Shown: piece by piece, positions 1 to 9,833 of the stretch
Position numbering within the stretch: the stretch's first letter is position 1
Layout: every line of letters begins with the position of its first letter
Source of the DNA: Planctomycetota bacterium
GTDB lineage: Bacteria > Planctomycetota > UBA8108 > SXIK01
Assembly (NCBI GenBank): GCA_965223265.1
Contig: OZ244999.1
Span: 3,712,001 to 3,776,000, forward strand
DNA: 64,000 nucleotides
Reading direction: 5' to 3'
The notes under the pieces: generated by a model
What the model saw: the letters and a program-made list of their open reading frames with translations, nothing else
Databases searched by the model: none
What the model was told of the DNA's origin: nothing
Position numbers and translations under genes: made by a program

Positions 1-1
1 C

Positions 2-1969
2 TCCAAAGAAGCCATTTTTGTTGTTGAATCAGCTGACGCGCCGCTCGCCGCACGCATGCGTCCGCGGGATCTCAGTGAGTTCGTCGGTCAAGAGCATATC
101 CTTGGCGAGGGGCGCCTGCTGCGACGAGCTATTCAAGCCGATCAACTCGGTTCGCTCATTTTCTCTGGCCCACCCGGGTCCGGGAAGACGACGCTCGCCC
201 AGGTGATCGCCCAGACCACTCGCGCGGAGTTCGTAACGATGAACGCGGTCTTCGCTGGCGTCAAAGATATCCGCGCGGCGGTCGAACAAGCTCGCCAGCA
301 CCGCGCCGCGAGCGCAGAAGTAGACGCAGACGCCGCCTCGAACGATTCGGGTACTCGGAGTGTAGCCAACAAGACGATTCTGTTTGTCGACGAAGTCCAT
401 CGTTTCAACAAATCCCAGCAAGACGCACTGCTACCGCACGTCGAGAACGGCACGCTGACATTCATCGGAGCGACAACTGAAAACCCGTATTTCGAAGTCA
501 TCAAAGCCCTCGTCAGTCGCTCCCGCGTGTTCGAGCTCAAGCCACTGACGGACGAAGACGTCGTGAAGATCCTCAGCACCGCCGTGGATGACGTCGAGCG
601 TGGCCTTGGCACACAGGACATACATCTGGAAGACGAGGCGGCGGAGCATCTGGCGAAGATCGCACAGGGCGACGCGCGTAACGCTCTGAACGCGCTCGAG
701 CTCGCGGCCAAAACGACGGCACCCGACGACGCAGGTCGCGTGACGATTGACCTCGCGGTCGCGGCCGAATCCATCCAGCGACGGGCACTGCTCTACGACA
801 AAGATGGCGACGCTCACTACGACACGATCAGCGCCTTCATCAAGAGTCTGCGCGGCTCCGACCCCGACGCTGCGCTCTACTGGATGGCGCGCATGATTCA
901 AGCCGGCGAGGATCCGCGCTTTGTCGCCCGGCGGATGGTCATCTTCGCCAGCGAAGATGTCGGTCTGGCGGACCCCTTGGCGCTCCAGGTCGCAACGGCG
1001 GCCGCACACGCCGTGGAATATGTCGGCTTGCCGGAGTGCCAGTTCAACCTGACGCAAGCTTGCCTGCATTTGGCGCTCGCACCTAAGTCAAATAGTACTC
1101 TCGGCTACTTCGCAGCGCTCAAGCATCTCTCCGAGGGCGCTCCGGACGCAGTGCCAAACCACTTGAAGGATCCGAGCCGCGATAAGAAGGGGCTCGGACA
1201 CGGCGCTGGCTACAAATACCCGCATGCCTTTCGCGAGCACTGGACCACGCAGCAGTATCTGCCTGACGGCATGCAAGGAGCGTCGTTCTACACTCCCGGC
1301 TGGCTCGGGTTCGAACGACAACTCGCCGCCGCGCACCGTGAACGCGCCGGCCGGCAAGAGCGCGCGCTTCTCGATTTCGAACACAGTCGCAAAGAACGCT
1401 CCCGAATCGACGCCTTTCGGACCCGGCTCGAAGACGACTACGGCGAACGCGCTGTGACGCTGCGCGACGAGGTGCTGCGCCTCGTCGGTCTCGATAGAGT
1501 CAAACGCGCCTTGGTGGTCGGACGTCCACGCCTCCTCAGCCAAGGCATTCTCTGCGAACAACCGATGGTAAAGATTTGTGCCGCGTATTCCGATGAAAGG
1601 GAGGCCCGCACGGAGTTAGCGGAACTGAAGAAGTGGTCGCTCGATCGCCTCGTGCACGCCTGGGTTGCGTCGCTGGGGGACCTGCCGGTCGCCGACGCGC
1701 TGTTCGAAGCCGCCGTGATCTGGCGCACCATCGCTCAGACCGCCTCTCCGGCTGCTTTCGTCGCTGAGATCTGGCGCGTCCTCCGCCCTGGGGGCGAAGT
1801 TGCTATCGGCGAACGCGCCGAAGAGAAGTCGGACGTCGAAAATCACCTACGGCGGGCCGGGTTCGCGCAGATAGAATCATCGATCAAGGGCGGAGCCGTT
1901 TTGGTTTGGGCAAAGAAGACGGAGAGCGAGGCCGCCGGCGCCGACCTTTTCGAGCGTTCGATAGAGTGA
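2..1969 (+). CDS. rarA: Replication-associated recombination ATPase RarA/MgsA with a C-terminal degenerate SAM-methyltransferase-like domain (5'-partial)
   Basis: Frame is open from base 2 (..APLAARMRP); Walker A GPPGSGKTT, Walker B FVDEVHRF, YDKDGDAHYDTISAFIKSLRGSDPDA; tail has 'EIWRVLRPGG' methyltransferase-type motif. Confidence 0.93.
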   Translation, partial: SKEAIFVVESADAPLAARMRPRDLSEFVGQEHILGEGRLLRRAIQADQLGSLIFSGPPGSGKTTLAQVIAQTTRAEFVTMNAVFAGVKDIRAAVEQARQHRAASAEVDADAASNDSGTRSVANKTILFVDEVHRFNKSQQDALLPHVENGTLTFIGATTENPYFEVIKALVSRSRVFELKPLTDEDVVKILSTAVDDVERGLGTQDIHLEDEAAEHLAKIAQGDARNALNALELAAKTTAPDDAGRVTIDLAVAAESIQRRALLYDKDGDAHYDTISAFIKSLRGSDPDAALYWMARMIQAGEDPRFVARRMVIFASEDVGLADPLALQVATAAAHAVEYVGLPECQFNLTQACLHLALAPKSNSTLGYFAALKHLSEGAPDAVPNHLKDPSRDKKGLGHGAGYKYPHAFREHWTTQQYLPDGMQGASFYTPGWLGFERQLAAAHRERAGRQERALLDFEHSRKERSRIDAFRTRLEDDYGERAVTLRDEVLRLVGLDRVKRALVVGRPRLLSQGILCEQPMVKICAAYSDEREARTELAELKKWSLDRLVHAWVASLGDLPVADALFEAAVIWRTIAQTASPAAFVAEIWRVLRPGGEVAIGERAEEKSDVENHLRRAGFAQIESSIKGGAVLVWAKKTESEAAGADLFERSIE

Positions 1970-1982
1970 CGGGAGAAGTCGG

Positions 1983-4367
1983 ATGATCAAGAAAGCTGCA
2001 GTGATCGGAGCTGGGACAATGGGCGCCGGGATCGCCGCGCAACTCGCAAACGCGGGAGTGCCTTGTCTCCTGCTGGACATCGTGCCACCGGACCTTTCAG
2101 GCGCCGACGCAAACGCTCCGGCGACCCGTTCGCGCTTCGCCATCGAGGCGATCCAGCGCATGGCGAAGGGCCGACCCGCTGGGTTCATGGACCCAGCCGA
2201 CGCAACACTTGTGACGCCTGGCAACATCGACGACGACCTCGCCAAGATCAAAGACTGTGATTGGATCGTCGAGGCGGTGACCGAACGTCTCGACGTGAAA
2301 CGCAGTCTCTACGAAAAGATCGCCAGCTGCCGCAGTCCAAAGAGCATCGTCTCGTCGAACACCTCCGGACTTTCGCTGAGCCTTCTCACCGAAGGACTCG
2401 ACGATAGTTTTCGCCGCAACTTTCTGATCACGCATTTCTTCAACCCGCCACGCTACATGTATCTCCTCGAGATCGTCCCCGGCCCAGAGACGAGTCCGGA
2501 GGCCCTCGATCGCATCGAAACGTTCTGCGACGTTCGCCTTGGCAAAGGTCTGGTGCGTTGTAAGGACACAGTGAATTTCATCGCCAATCGAATCGGCGTC
2601 TACGTCATGGGCATCGGCGCGCAGCTCATGGTGGAAGAAGGCCTCAACATCGAGGAAGTCGACGCGATCACCGGACCGGCGCTGGGAAGACCTAAGACGG
2701 CCTCGTTCCGCCTGCAGGACCTCGTCGGCATCGATGTCTCCGTGATGGTGATGGAGAACGCGCAAAAGCTGCTGCCGGATGACGAAAGCTTGGCAAAGTT
2801 TTCACCGCCAGAACTCCTCACACGCCTCGTGAAAGAAGGCCGCTTGGGCCGCAAGAGTGGCGAGGGGTTCTACAAGAAAGTTGGCAAGGAGATCCACGTT
2901 CTCGATCTGGAGACGTTCGAATACCGCGCGCCGCGCGAGGTTCAGTTCTCCAGTCTCGAAGCAGCGCGCAAAGCCGGTGGCGCGGCCGAACGCATCAAGA
3001 CGCTGATCTCGGGCGACGACGCGGCCGCCCGCTATGCTTGGCGCCTGCTCGCTGAAACCCTCCTCTATTCCGGTCGGCGCATTCCCGAAATCTCCGATGA
3101 TATTGTCAGCGTCGATCGCGCACTGCGCTGGGGTTTCAGCTGGGATCTCGGACCTTTCGAGGTTTGGGACGCGATCGGTGTCAAAGAATCGACTGCGCGC
3201 ATGAAAGCCGACGGAGACGAGATTCCCACCGCCGTCCAGACGCTGCTTGACTCGGGCCACGACAGTTTCTACGGCTATCTGGAAGAAGGCGGTGGCAAGC
3301 GACGCGCCTACTTTGACCTCCCGAGTAAGTCGTACCAGGTCATCACACCGCGCCCGGGCGTACTTCTTCTCGACGACGTCCGTGAGCGTACGCGACCACT
3401 CCACACGACCTCGGATGCGAGCGTTTGGGATCTCGGCGATCGTGTCCTCGGAGTCGAGTTCCACTCGAAAATGAATGCCATCTCCGGCGAGACCCTCGAG
3501 ACGATCGAGCGCGCCATTGACACCGCGGAGGAGGGTGAGTGGGCCGGCGTAGTCGTCGGTAACCAAGCCGCGCACTTCTCGGTCGGAGCCAACCTGAAGA
3601 AAGTCTCACAAGCGCTCGACGAGAAAAAGTGGGAAGACGTCGAAGCGATGATTCGACGCTTTCATGCCACTGTCCTTCGTATGCGCTACGCTGCTAAACC
3701 GGTCGTTGTCGCCGCGCAAGGCATGGCGCTCGGCGGCGGTTGCGAGATCATCCTTGCCGGTTGTCGTGCCCAAGTCGCCGCCGAGAGCTACATCGGCCTC
3801 GTCGAGCTTGGAGTCGGCTTGATTCCCGGTGGGGGTGGTACGCGCGAGCTCGCCTGTCGCGCCCACGAAAGGACGCCAGCGAGCGCTTCGACGGTGCTGT
3901 TCCCGTTCGTCAAGGAGTACTTCGAGACGGTCGCTCAGGCGACGACGTCCGGCAGCGCGGCCCAGGCGCGCGCGCTCGGGTTTCTGCAGCCGCAAGACGG
4001 CGTCAGCATGAACAAGGATCGCGTCCTCGCGGACGCTAAGGCCAACGTTCTCCTCCTCGCAGCGGCAGGCTACCAGCCACCTCGGCGTCGAACAAACGTG
4101 CGCGTCGCAGGCCTCACTGGTTGGGCGGAGTTGAAAGTGCTGCTCCGCCAATATCAAGCGGGTGGGTTCATCAGCGACTATGATGCTCATCTGGGAAGAC
4201 AGTTCGGTTATGCCCTCTGTGGTGGCGACGTCGACCCAGGCTCGACTGTCACTGAAGAGTATCTCCTTGGTCTGGAGCGTGAGGTGTTCATGAGCCTCCT
4301 GGGCGAGGAAAAGACCCGCGCCCGAATCGAGCACACGCTGCGCACTGGTAAACCGCTGCGCAACTAG
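1983..4367 (+). CDS. fadN: 3-hydroxyacyl-CoA dehydrogenase/enoyl-CoA hydratase (FadN type)
   Basis: GAGTMGAGIA Rossmann motif, SNTSGL, HFFNPPRYM, C-terminal crotonase ALGGGCE...GLVELGVGLIPGGGG, ends TGKPLRN. Confidence 0.93.
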   Translation: MIKKAAVIGAGTMGAGIAAQLANAGVPCLLLDIVPPDLSGADANAPATRSRFAIEAIQRMAKGRPAGFMDPADATLVTPGNIDDDLAKIKDCDWIVEAVTERLDVKRSLYEKIASCRSPKSIVSSNTSGLSLSLLTEGLDDSFRRNFLITHFFNPPRYMYLLEIVPGPETSPEALDRIETFCDVRLGKGLVRCKDTVNFIANRIGVYVMGIGAQLMVEEGLNIEEVDAITGPALGRPKTASFRLQDLVGIDVSVMVMENAQKLLPDDESLAKFSPPELLTRLVKEGRLGRKSGEGFYKKVGKEIHVLDLETFEYRAPREVQFSSLEAARKAGGAAERIKTLISGDDAAARYAWRLLAETLLYSGRRIPEISDDIVSVDRALRWGFSWDLGPFEVWDAIGVKESTARMKADGDEIPTAVQTLLDSGHDSFYGYLEEGGGKRRAYFDLPSKSYQVITPRPGVLLLDDVRERTRPLHTTSDASVWDLGDRVLGVEFHSKMNAISGETLETIERAIDTAEEGEWAGVVVGNQAAHFSVGANLKKVSQALDEKKWEDVEAMIRRFHATVLRMRYAAKPVVVAAQGMALGGGCEIILAGCRAQVAAESYIGLVELGVGLIPGGGGTRELACRAHERTPASASTVLFPFVKEYFETVAQATTSGSAAQARALGFLQPQDGVSMNKDRVLADAKANVLLLAAAGYQPPRRRTNVRVAGLTGWAELKVLLRQYQAGGFISDYDAHLGRQFGYALCGGDVDPGSTVTEEYLLGLEREVFMSLLGEEKTRARIEHTLRTGKPLRN

Positions 4368-4429
4368 GACACACCGATGCCAAGAGCTCAGGATGCATCA
4401 GCGATAGAAAAACACTCGGAGAAAGAGTC

Positions 4430-5608
4430 ATGAAAGAGGCTGTGATCGTCAGCGGAGCCCGTACACCACTCGGCAAAGGGCGCAAGGGAAGCCTACGCAC
4501 GGTTCGACCGGACGACCTAGCCGCGGCGACGATTCGCGCCGCGCTCGAGCGCACTCCAGGTCTCAAGGCCGACGAGATCGAAGACGTGATCATGGGCTGC
4601 GCCATTCCCGAGCAAGAGCAAGGCATGAACGTCGCGCGCATCGCCAGCCTGAAAGCAGGGCTACCGGTGACCGTGCCGGCAGTGACCGTCAATCGATTCT
4701 GCGCCTCCGGACTGCAGACGATCGCCATGGCCGCCGAAGCGATTCAGTGCGGTCGCGCCGACGTCATCGTTGCCGGCGGCACCGAAAGCATGAGCCTGAT
4801 TGGCATGTTCTCGCGGGCCTACCCGAATCCAGAATTCGCCGAGACGAATCCTGACGTCTACCTAGGCATGGGACTGACGGCAGAAAACCTCGCTCAGAAG
4901 TACGGCATCTCCCGCGAAGCATCGGATCAGTTTTCACTCGAGAGCCATCAAAAGGCATCGAAAGCGATCGCCGACGGGAAATTCGCCGGCGAGATCGTCC
5001 CGATCGAGGTCGAACATCGTCGACCGAAGCCTGGCGGCGGCATTGACGTTGGCTCGGTATCGATTGACACGGACGAATGCCCTCGACCTGACACGTCGCT
5101 CGAAGGCTTGAGCAAACTGCGGCCCGTGTTTCACAGCCGCGGCACGGTGACGGCGGGAAACGCCTCACAAATGAGTGACGGCGCCGCCGCCGTCGTCGTC
5201 ATGTCGAAAGAGCGTGCCGACAGCATGGGGCTGAAGCCACTGGTGACATTCCGCAGCTTCGCGGTGGCTGGCGTTGAGCCAGAGATCATGGGCATCGGTC
5301 CCGTCAAGGCTGTGCCAAAAGCCCTGGAAAGTGCGGGACTCAAACTCGATGACATCGACCTGATCGAACTCAATGAAGCTTTCGCGGTGCAGGCGCTGAG
5401 TGTCATGCAAGAGCTCGAGTTGCCAGCAGAGAAGGTGAATGTCAATGGCGGCGCGGTCGCGCTCGGCCACCCACTCGGCTGCACAGGTGCGCGGCTGAGT
5501 CTGTCGGCTTTTCATGAGCTCGAGCGACAAAAGAAGCGTTTCGCGCTCGTCACGATGTGTATCGGCGGCGGCATGGGCGCCGCGGGGATCTTCGAGCGAG
5601 CCTCGTGA
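4430..5608 (+). CDS. fadA: Acetyl-CoA C-acyltransferase (thiolase)
   Basis: NRFCASG catalytic Cys, NEAFA, GHPLGCTG, MCIGGGMG. Confidence 0.95.
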   Translation: MKEAVIVSGARTPLGKGRKGSLRTVRPDDLAAATIRAALERTPGLKADEIEDVIMGCAIPEQEQGMNVARIASLKAGLPVTVPAVTVNRFCASGLQTIAMAAEAIQCGRADVIVAGGTESMSLIGMFSRAYPNPEFAETNPDVYLGMGLTAENLAQKYGISREASDQFSLESHQKASKAIADGKFAGEIVPIEVEHRRPKPGGGIDVGSVSIDTDECPRPDTSLEGLSKLRPVFHSRGTVTAGNASQMSDGAAAVVVMSKERADSMGLKPLVTFRSFAVAGVEPEIMGIGPVKAVPKALESAGLKLDDIDLIELNEAFAVQALSVMQELELPAEKVNVNGGAVALGHPLGCTGARLSLSAFHELERQKKRFALVTMCIGGGMGAAGIFERAS

Positions 5609-5744
5609 GGCCCGTGCGTTCGCTGGAATTCTTGGCCCTTGGTTCGACGCGGTCGATCCGACCCAACATGGTTCCGCGCGGCGTACTCCACAACGATCAC
5701 GACGACGAGTGAGCCCGTGGTTTTCTGGCGCTCTTTTTCTGCGA

Positions 5745-5766
5745 CGGTGAGGTAGAATCGTCACCG
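5745..5766 (+). promoter_or_regulatory. Candidate -10 box (TAGAAT, 5753-5758) inside the inverted repeat CGGTGA-N10-TCACCG, upstream of cluster A
   Basis: Sequence cggtga ggtagaatcg tcaccg in the fadA / CoA-ligase intergenic region. Confidence 0.3.
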
Positions 5767-5855
5767 CCAAACACGAACGACAGCCGCGGGCGACGTGAAG
5801 GTCTCGCCAACCGGCGGCGAATGCATCTTCGAGCGCGAATTAGACGCCAGACGCC

Positions 5856-7298
5856 GTGCAGCGAGACGAAATCCGAAAGCGCCAACGCGAAAAACTCCGC
5901 CAGCTGCTCGAAACCATTGAAGCGAGCCATCCATTCTATCGCGCCAAGTTGAGTGGCAGCGCGTGGCGCAAGGTCGGATCCGCGGACTCGCGGGCGCCAT
6001 TGACATCGCTTCTCGACGCGCTGCCGCTCACGACGAAAGACGAACTCGAAGCGTCCCAGGCGCACTCGCCACCCTACGGCGACCTGCTCACGTATCCTCT
6101 GGAGCGCTACACGCGGCTTCACCAGACCTCTGGTACTACTACGGGCTCACCTCTCGCTTGGCTGGACACGCAGGAGAGCTGGAGCTGGATTCTCGACTGT
6201 TGGGACCAGATCTTCGCAGCTGTAGGAATCGAGACACACGACCGGTTCTTCTTTCCGTTTTCGTTCGGCCCCTTCATCGGATTCTGGGCTGGATTTGAGG
6301 CTGCGACCCGCGCTGGACACTTCGTGCTGCCCGCTGGCGGCATCCGCACTGCGCTGCGCCTTCAATTGCTAGAACGTCACGGGGCGACCGTCGTCGTCTG
6401 CACACCGACCTATGCCCTTCACATGGCGGAGGTGGCGAGAGCGGAAAGCTGTGACCTGCGGAACTCCCGTGTGCGAGCGCTCATCGTCGCGGGCGAACCA
6501 GGGGGCTGCATCGGCCCAACGCGTGAAAAGATCGAAACTGCGTGGGGCGCACGGTGCTTCGATCACTGCGGCATGACGGAAATCGGTTCGTTTGGGATCG
6601 AGCCTGAGCACCACCGCGGCGCACTGCACGTGCTTGAGTCAGACTTCATCGTCGAGGTTCTGCACCCGGATACGGACCGGAGGAAAGCGAGCGGCGAACG
6701 CGGCGAGCTCGTCATCACCAATCTTGGGCGAACCGCAAGCCCTCTGATTCGGTACCGGACAGGCGACCTGGTGGAGTGGGTTGACGAGCCTTATGATGAC
6801 GCTATGCCCTATGGATGGCTCGAAGGCGGAATCCTCTCCCGACTGGACGACATGGTCATCGTCCGCGGTAACAACATCTACCCCGCAGCGGTCGAACGCG
6901 TGCTCCGCGGAATCGATGGCATCGCTGAGTATCGCGTACGGGTTTTGAAGCGCGGAGAGCTGACGCACCTCGTCGTTGAGATCGAACCGGACGACGTCTG
7001 CAGTACTCCTGATAGCAGAGAAAATCCGGGGAAAGATGCTGCGATCCCGCGAGCCATCGAGGAAGATGCTGAGCTGCAGAAAGCTCCGCACGACACGTCG
7101 TTGCCGGCTACGCCGCAAGAACTCGACGCCGAAGACCGTGCTCACTCCGATGCGGCGATGCGGTTGTCGAATCGTGTCCAGCGCGAGCTCGAGAGGAAAC
7201 TATCGTTCCGCGCTGAGATCAAGACGGTGCCGCGCGGCAGCTTGCCGCGTTTTGAGCTCAAGGGTAGACGTTGGATCCGAGAAGACACCGAATCTTGA
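5856..7298 (+). CDS. Phenylacetate-CoA ligase (PaaK)-family aryl-CoA ligase
   Basis: HQTSGTTTG P-loop, CTPTYA, AGEPG, GMTEIG, PLIRYRTGD, RLDDMVIVRGNNIYP; about 55-aa low-complexity insert near the C-terminus. Confidence 0.85.
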   Translation: MQRDEIRKRQREKLRQLLETIEASHPFYRAKLSGSAWRKVGSADSRAPLTSLLDALPLTTKDELEASQAHSPPYGDLLTYPLERYTRLHQTSGTTTGSPLAWLDTQESWSWILDCWDQIFAAVGIETHDRFFFPFSFGPFIGFWAGFEAATRAGHFVLPAGGIRTALRLQLLERHGATVVVCTPTYALHMAEVARAESCDLRNSRVRALIVAGEPGGCIGPTREKIETAWGARCFDHCGMTEIGSFGIEPEHHRGALHVLESDFIVEVLHPDTDRRKASGERGELVITNLGRTASPLIRYRTGDLVEWVDEPYDDAMPYGWLEGGILSRLDDMVIVRGNNIYPAAVERVLRGIDGIAEYRVRVLKRGELTHLVVEIEPDDVCSTPDSRENPGKDAAIPRAIEEDAELQKAPHDTSLPATPQELDAEDRAHSDAAMRLSNRVQRELERKLSFRAEIKTVPRGSLPRFELKGRRWIREDTES

Positions 7299-7487
7299 AC
7301 CCACAAGCGAAAAGACGTTCGCACATGACGATTGAACACATGATTTCGCTGACGCTCGATGATGACTGATGACACGGAGGAGAAAGACGTGACCAAGAAG
7401 ACTCGACGCTGCCGCTCGCCCCATCGTTGTTTGCGGCACGATCGTGATGGCCTGCGCGGTGGAGCGCTGCCGAGGTCAGGGCGCCGG

Positions 7488-9728
7488 ATGATGCGCAAGC
7501 TCACCGCGTGGCTGGTCGGCGGCGCGTTTCTTGTCAGCGCTGTCGAAGCAGGCGATTGGCCGAGCTGGCGCGGCCCTGAACATAACGGCGTCTCTCGTGA
7601 GTCTTCACTGCCTGAGCACTGGCAAGTGCTGTGGAAAACGAGTCACGGCGGCCGCTCGACGCCGGTAGTCTTCGGCGACCACGTCTACATCCTCAACAGC
7701 GCCGGTCGCGGCATCGAAGAAAGCGAGCGACTTCTCTGCTTGCACCGCGAAACCGGTGACGTCATTTGGGAACATCGATTCAACGTCTTTCTGACCGACA
7801 TCCCGTCACCTCGGATCGGTTGGTCAAGCCCAGTAGTCGACCCCGAAACCGGTCATGTCTATGCCCACGGCGTGCAGAACACCATCCTCTGCGTTTCGAA
7901 GGACGGCAAGCTGCTCTGGCAGCGACAGATGCACGAGGAGTATGGCACGATCAACGGCTATGGCGGACGCACGCACACGCCGATCATTGACGAAGACCGT
8001 GTCATCATTAGCTTTCTCAACTCCAGTTGGGGTCCTCATGCGCGTGGACGCCATCGATACGTGGCTTTCGACAAGCGCAACGGCTCGGTCATCTGGTGGT
8101 CAGAGCCAGGAGGGGCACCTCTTGACACCACGTACTCGACGCCCGTCGTCGCTGTCATCGGTGGTGTTCGACTGCTCATCGGAGGCAATGCCGACGGCGC
8201 AGTCTACGCTCTGCAGGCACGTACCGGAAAGTCGGTGTGGAAGTTCTCCCTTTCGAAGCGCGGGATCAATGTCTCCGTAATCGTCTGGAAGGAAAAGGTC
8301 TACGCTTGCCACAGCGAAGAGAACGTCGACCAAGCGATCATGGGCCGCGTCGTTTGCATTGACGCGACCGGCAGCGGTGACGTCACGAAGACACATGAGG
8401 TTTGGCGCCGCGACGGCATCCTCGCCGGCTACTCCTCACCAGCGCTGAAGGATGGCAAGTTGTACGTTTGCGACAACTCGTCGAACCTCTACTGCCTCGA
8501 CGCGCTCAGCGGCGACGAGCTGTGGGAAGAGAATATCGGCACCGTCATGAAGGGCTCACCTGTCGTCGGTGACGGGAAGATTTACGTCGGTGAAGTCAAT
8601 GCCCGGTTCTACCTCCTCGATGAGGCGGAGATCGAGCAGCGAGCCGCGGCGCGCAAGCGAGGCAATAGCGAGCTCGAACCGCTCGAACCGCTGCAGACAT
8701 TCGCGGCGAAGGAGGCGGTGGTCGAAGTCTTCGGCTCCCCGGCGATCGCTAACGGACGCGTCTACTTCACCACGCGTGATGAGGTGTACTGCCTGGGTGA
8801 CAAGGAATGGAAGGGCACCTCCGGCGAAACGGCTAAGCTAGCCGAGGAGAAGCCTGCGGCCGCCGATGCCAAAGGAGCACAACTGCAAATCCTGCCGGCC
8901 GACGTGTTAGCGCAACCGGGCGACCAAGTGACGTTCCGCGCTCGCGTCTTCGATGCCGATGGACGCCTCCTCAAGGAATCGGTGCGGCCGCAGTGGGGCC
9001 TCGCCATGGGGCTCGTGGGTGACGTCAACGCGGAAGGGAAATTGGCGCTCAACGCCGCCGAGCAGTACCGTCAAGGGGTCGTCGTGGGGCGCCACGGCGA
9101 CCTGGAGCAACGCGCCCGCGTACGCGTCGTGCCGCGACTACCTCTCGGATTCGATTTCGATGACCTGGCCGACGGTAAGCCGCCGCCAGCGTGGGTCGGA
9201 GCCGGCATCAAGTTCGTCGGCAAGACACACGGCGGTCACAAGGTCCTCCATAAGACAGCGACGAACTCCAAGTTCATCGACGCAGAGACATTTATCGGCA
9301 TGCCCGGCTGGAAGGACTACACGATCGAGGCGGATGTGCTGGGCACGGAGAAGCGGCGCAATCTGCCGAACATCGGCGTCATCAACAGTCGCTATACATT
9401 CGTACTCATGGGAAATCACCAGCGGCTGAGAATCGTGTCATGGATTCCACAGCCGCGTCTCAGCGAACAGATCAAATTCGAGTGGAAGAAAGACACGTGG
9501 TACCGCATGAAGTTCAGCGTCGAGAATCGTGACGGAATTGCAGTCGCCCGCGGCAAAGTGTGGCCGCGTGATGAAACTGAGCCCGCCGAATGGATGGTCT
9601 CAGTCGAAGACCCCAACCCCAATGGCGAGGGAAGTCCCGGTCTCCATGGCTACTCCGCCGGCACGACGAGCCGATCATCCGGCACCGAGATCTACTACGA
9701 CAACGTCAAAGTATACCCAAACAAGTAG
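7488..9728 (+). CDS. Secreted PQQ-like/BamB-type beta-propeller protein with C-terminal Ig-like and lectin-like domains
   Basis: Signal peptide then GDWPSWRGP; repeated SSPVV/STPVV...W blades; beta-sandwich-like C-terminus; start moved to ATG 7488. Confidence 0.75.
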   Translation: MMRKLTAWLVGGAFLVSAVEAGDWPSWRGPEHNGVSRESSLPEHWQVLWKTSHGGRSTPVVFGDHVYILNSAGRGIEESERLLCLHRETGDVIWEHRFNVFLTDIPSPRIGWSSPVVDPETGHVYAHGVQNTILCVSKDGKLLWQRQMHEEYGTINGYGGRTHTPIIDEDRVIISFLNSSWGPHARGRHRYVAFDKRNGSVIWWSEPGGAPLDTTYSTPVVAVIGGVRLLIGGNADGAVYALQARTGKSVWKFSLSKRGINVSVIVWKEKVYACHSEENVDQAIMGRVVCIDATGSGDVTKTHEVWRRDGILAGYSSPALKDGKLYVCDNSSNLYCLDALSGDELWEENIGTVMKGSPVVGDGKIYVGEVNARFYLLDEAEIEQRAAARKRGNSELEPLEPLQTFAAKEAVVEVFGSPAIANGRVYFTTRDEVYCLGDKEWKGTSGETAKLAEEKPAAADAKGAQLQILPADVLAQPGDQVTFRARVFDADGRLLKESVRPQWGLAMGLVGDVNAEGKLALNAAEQYRQGVVVGRHGDLEQRARVRVVPRLPLGFDFDDLADGKPPPAWVGAGIKFVGKTHGGHKVLHKTATNSKFIDAETFIGMPGWKDYTIEADVLGTEKRRNLPNIGVINSRYTFVLMGNHQRLRIVSWIPQPRLSEQIKFEWKKDTWYRMKFSVENRDGIAVARGKVWPRDETEPAEWMVSVEDPNPNGEGSPGLHGYSAGTTSRSSGTEIYYDNVKVYPNK

Positions 9729-9833
9729 CGGGCCTCGCCTCGCGCTGCGGCGAAGGCACCGCGAGCCAGCGGCTCTCTTGGTGACCGCAGCAGGGTCGAA
9801 GTTCAGAGCGACGAAACCGGAAAGAAACGACGC

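Noticed and set aside
5609-5720. GGTTCG-containing stretch resembling a tRNA T-arm
   Set aside because: No cloverleaf, acceptor stem or CCA end could be built
5856-7298. paaK of phenylacetate catabolism linked to fadN/fadA
   Set aside because: No paaABCDE/G/Z in the window; separated from fadA by about 250 bp with a promoter-like element
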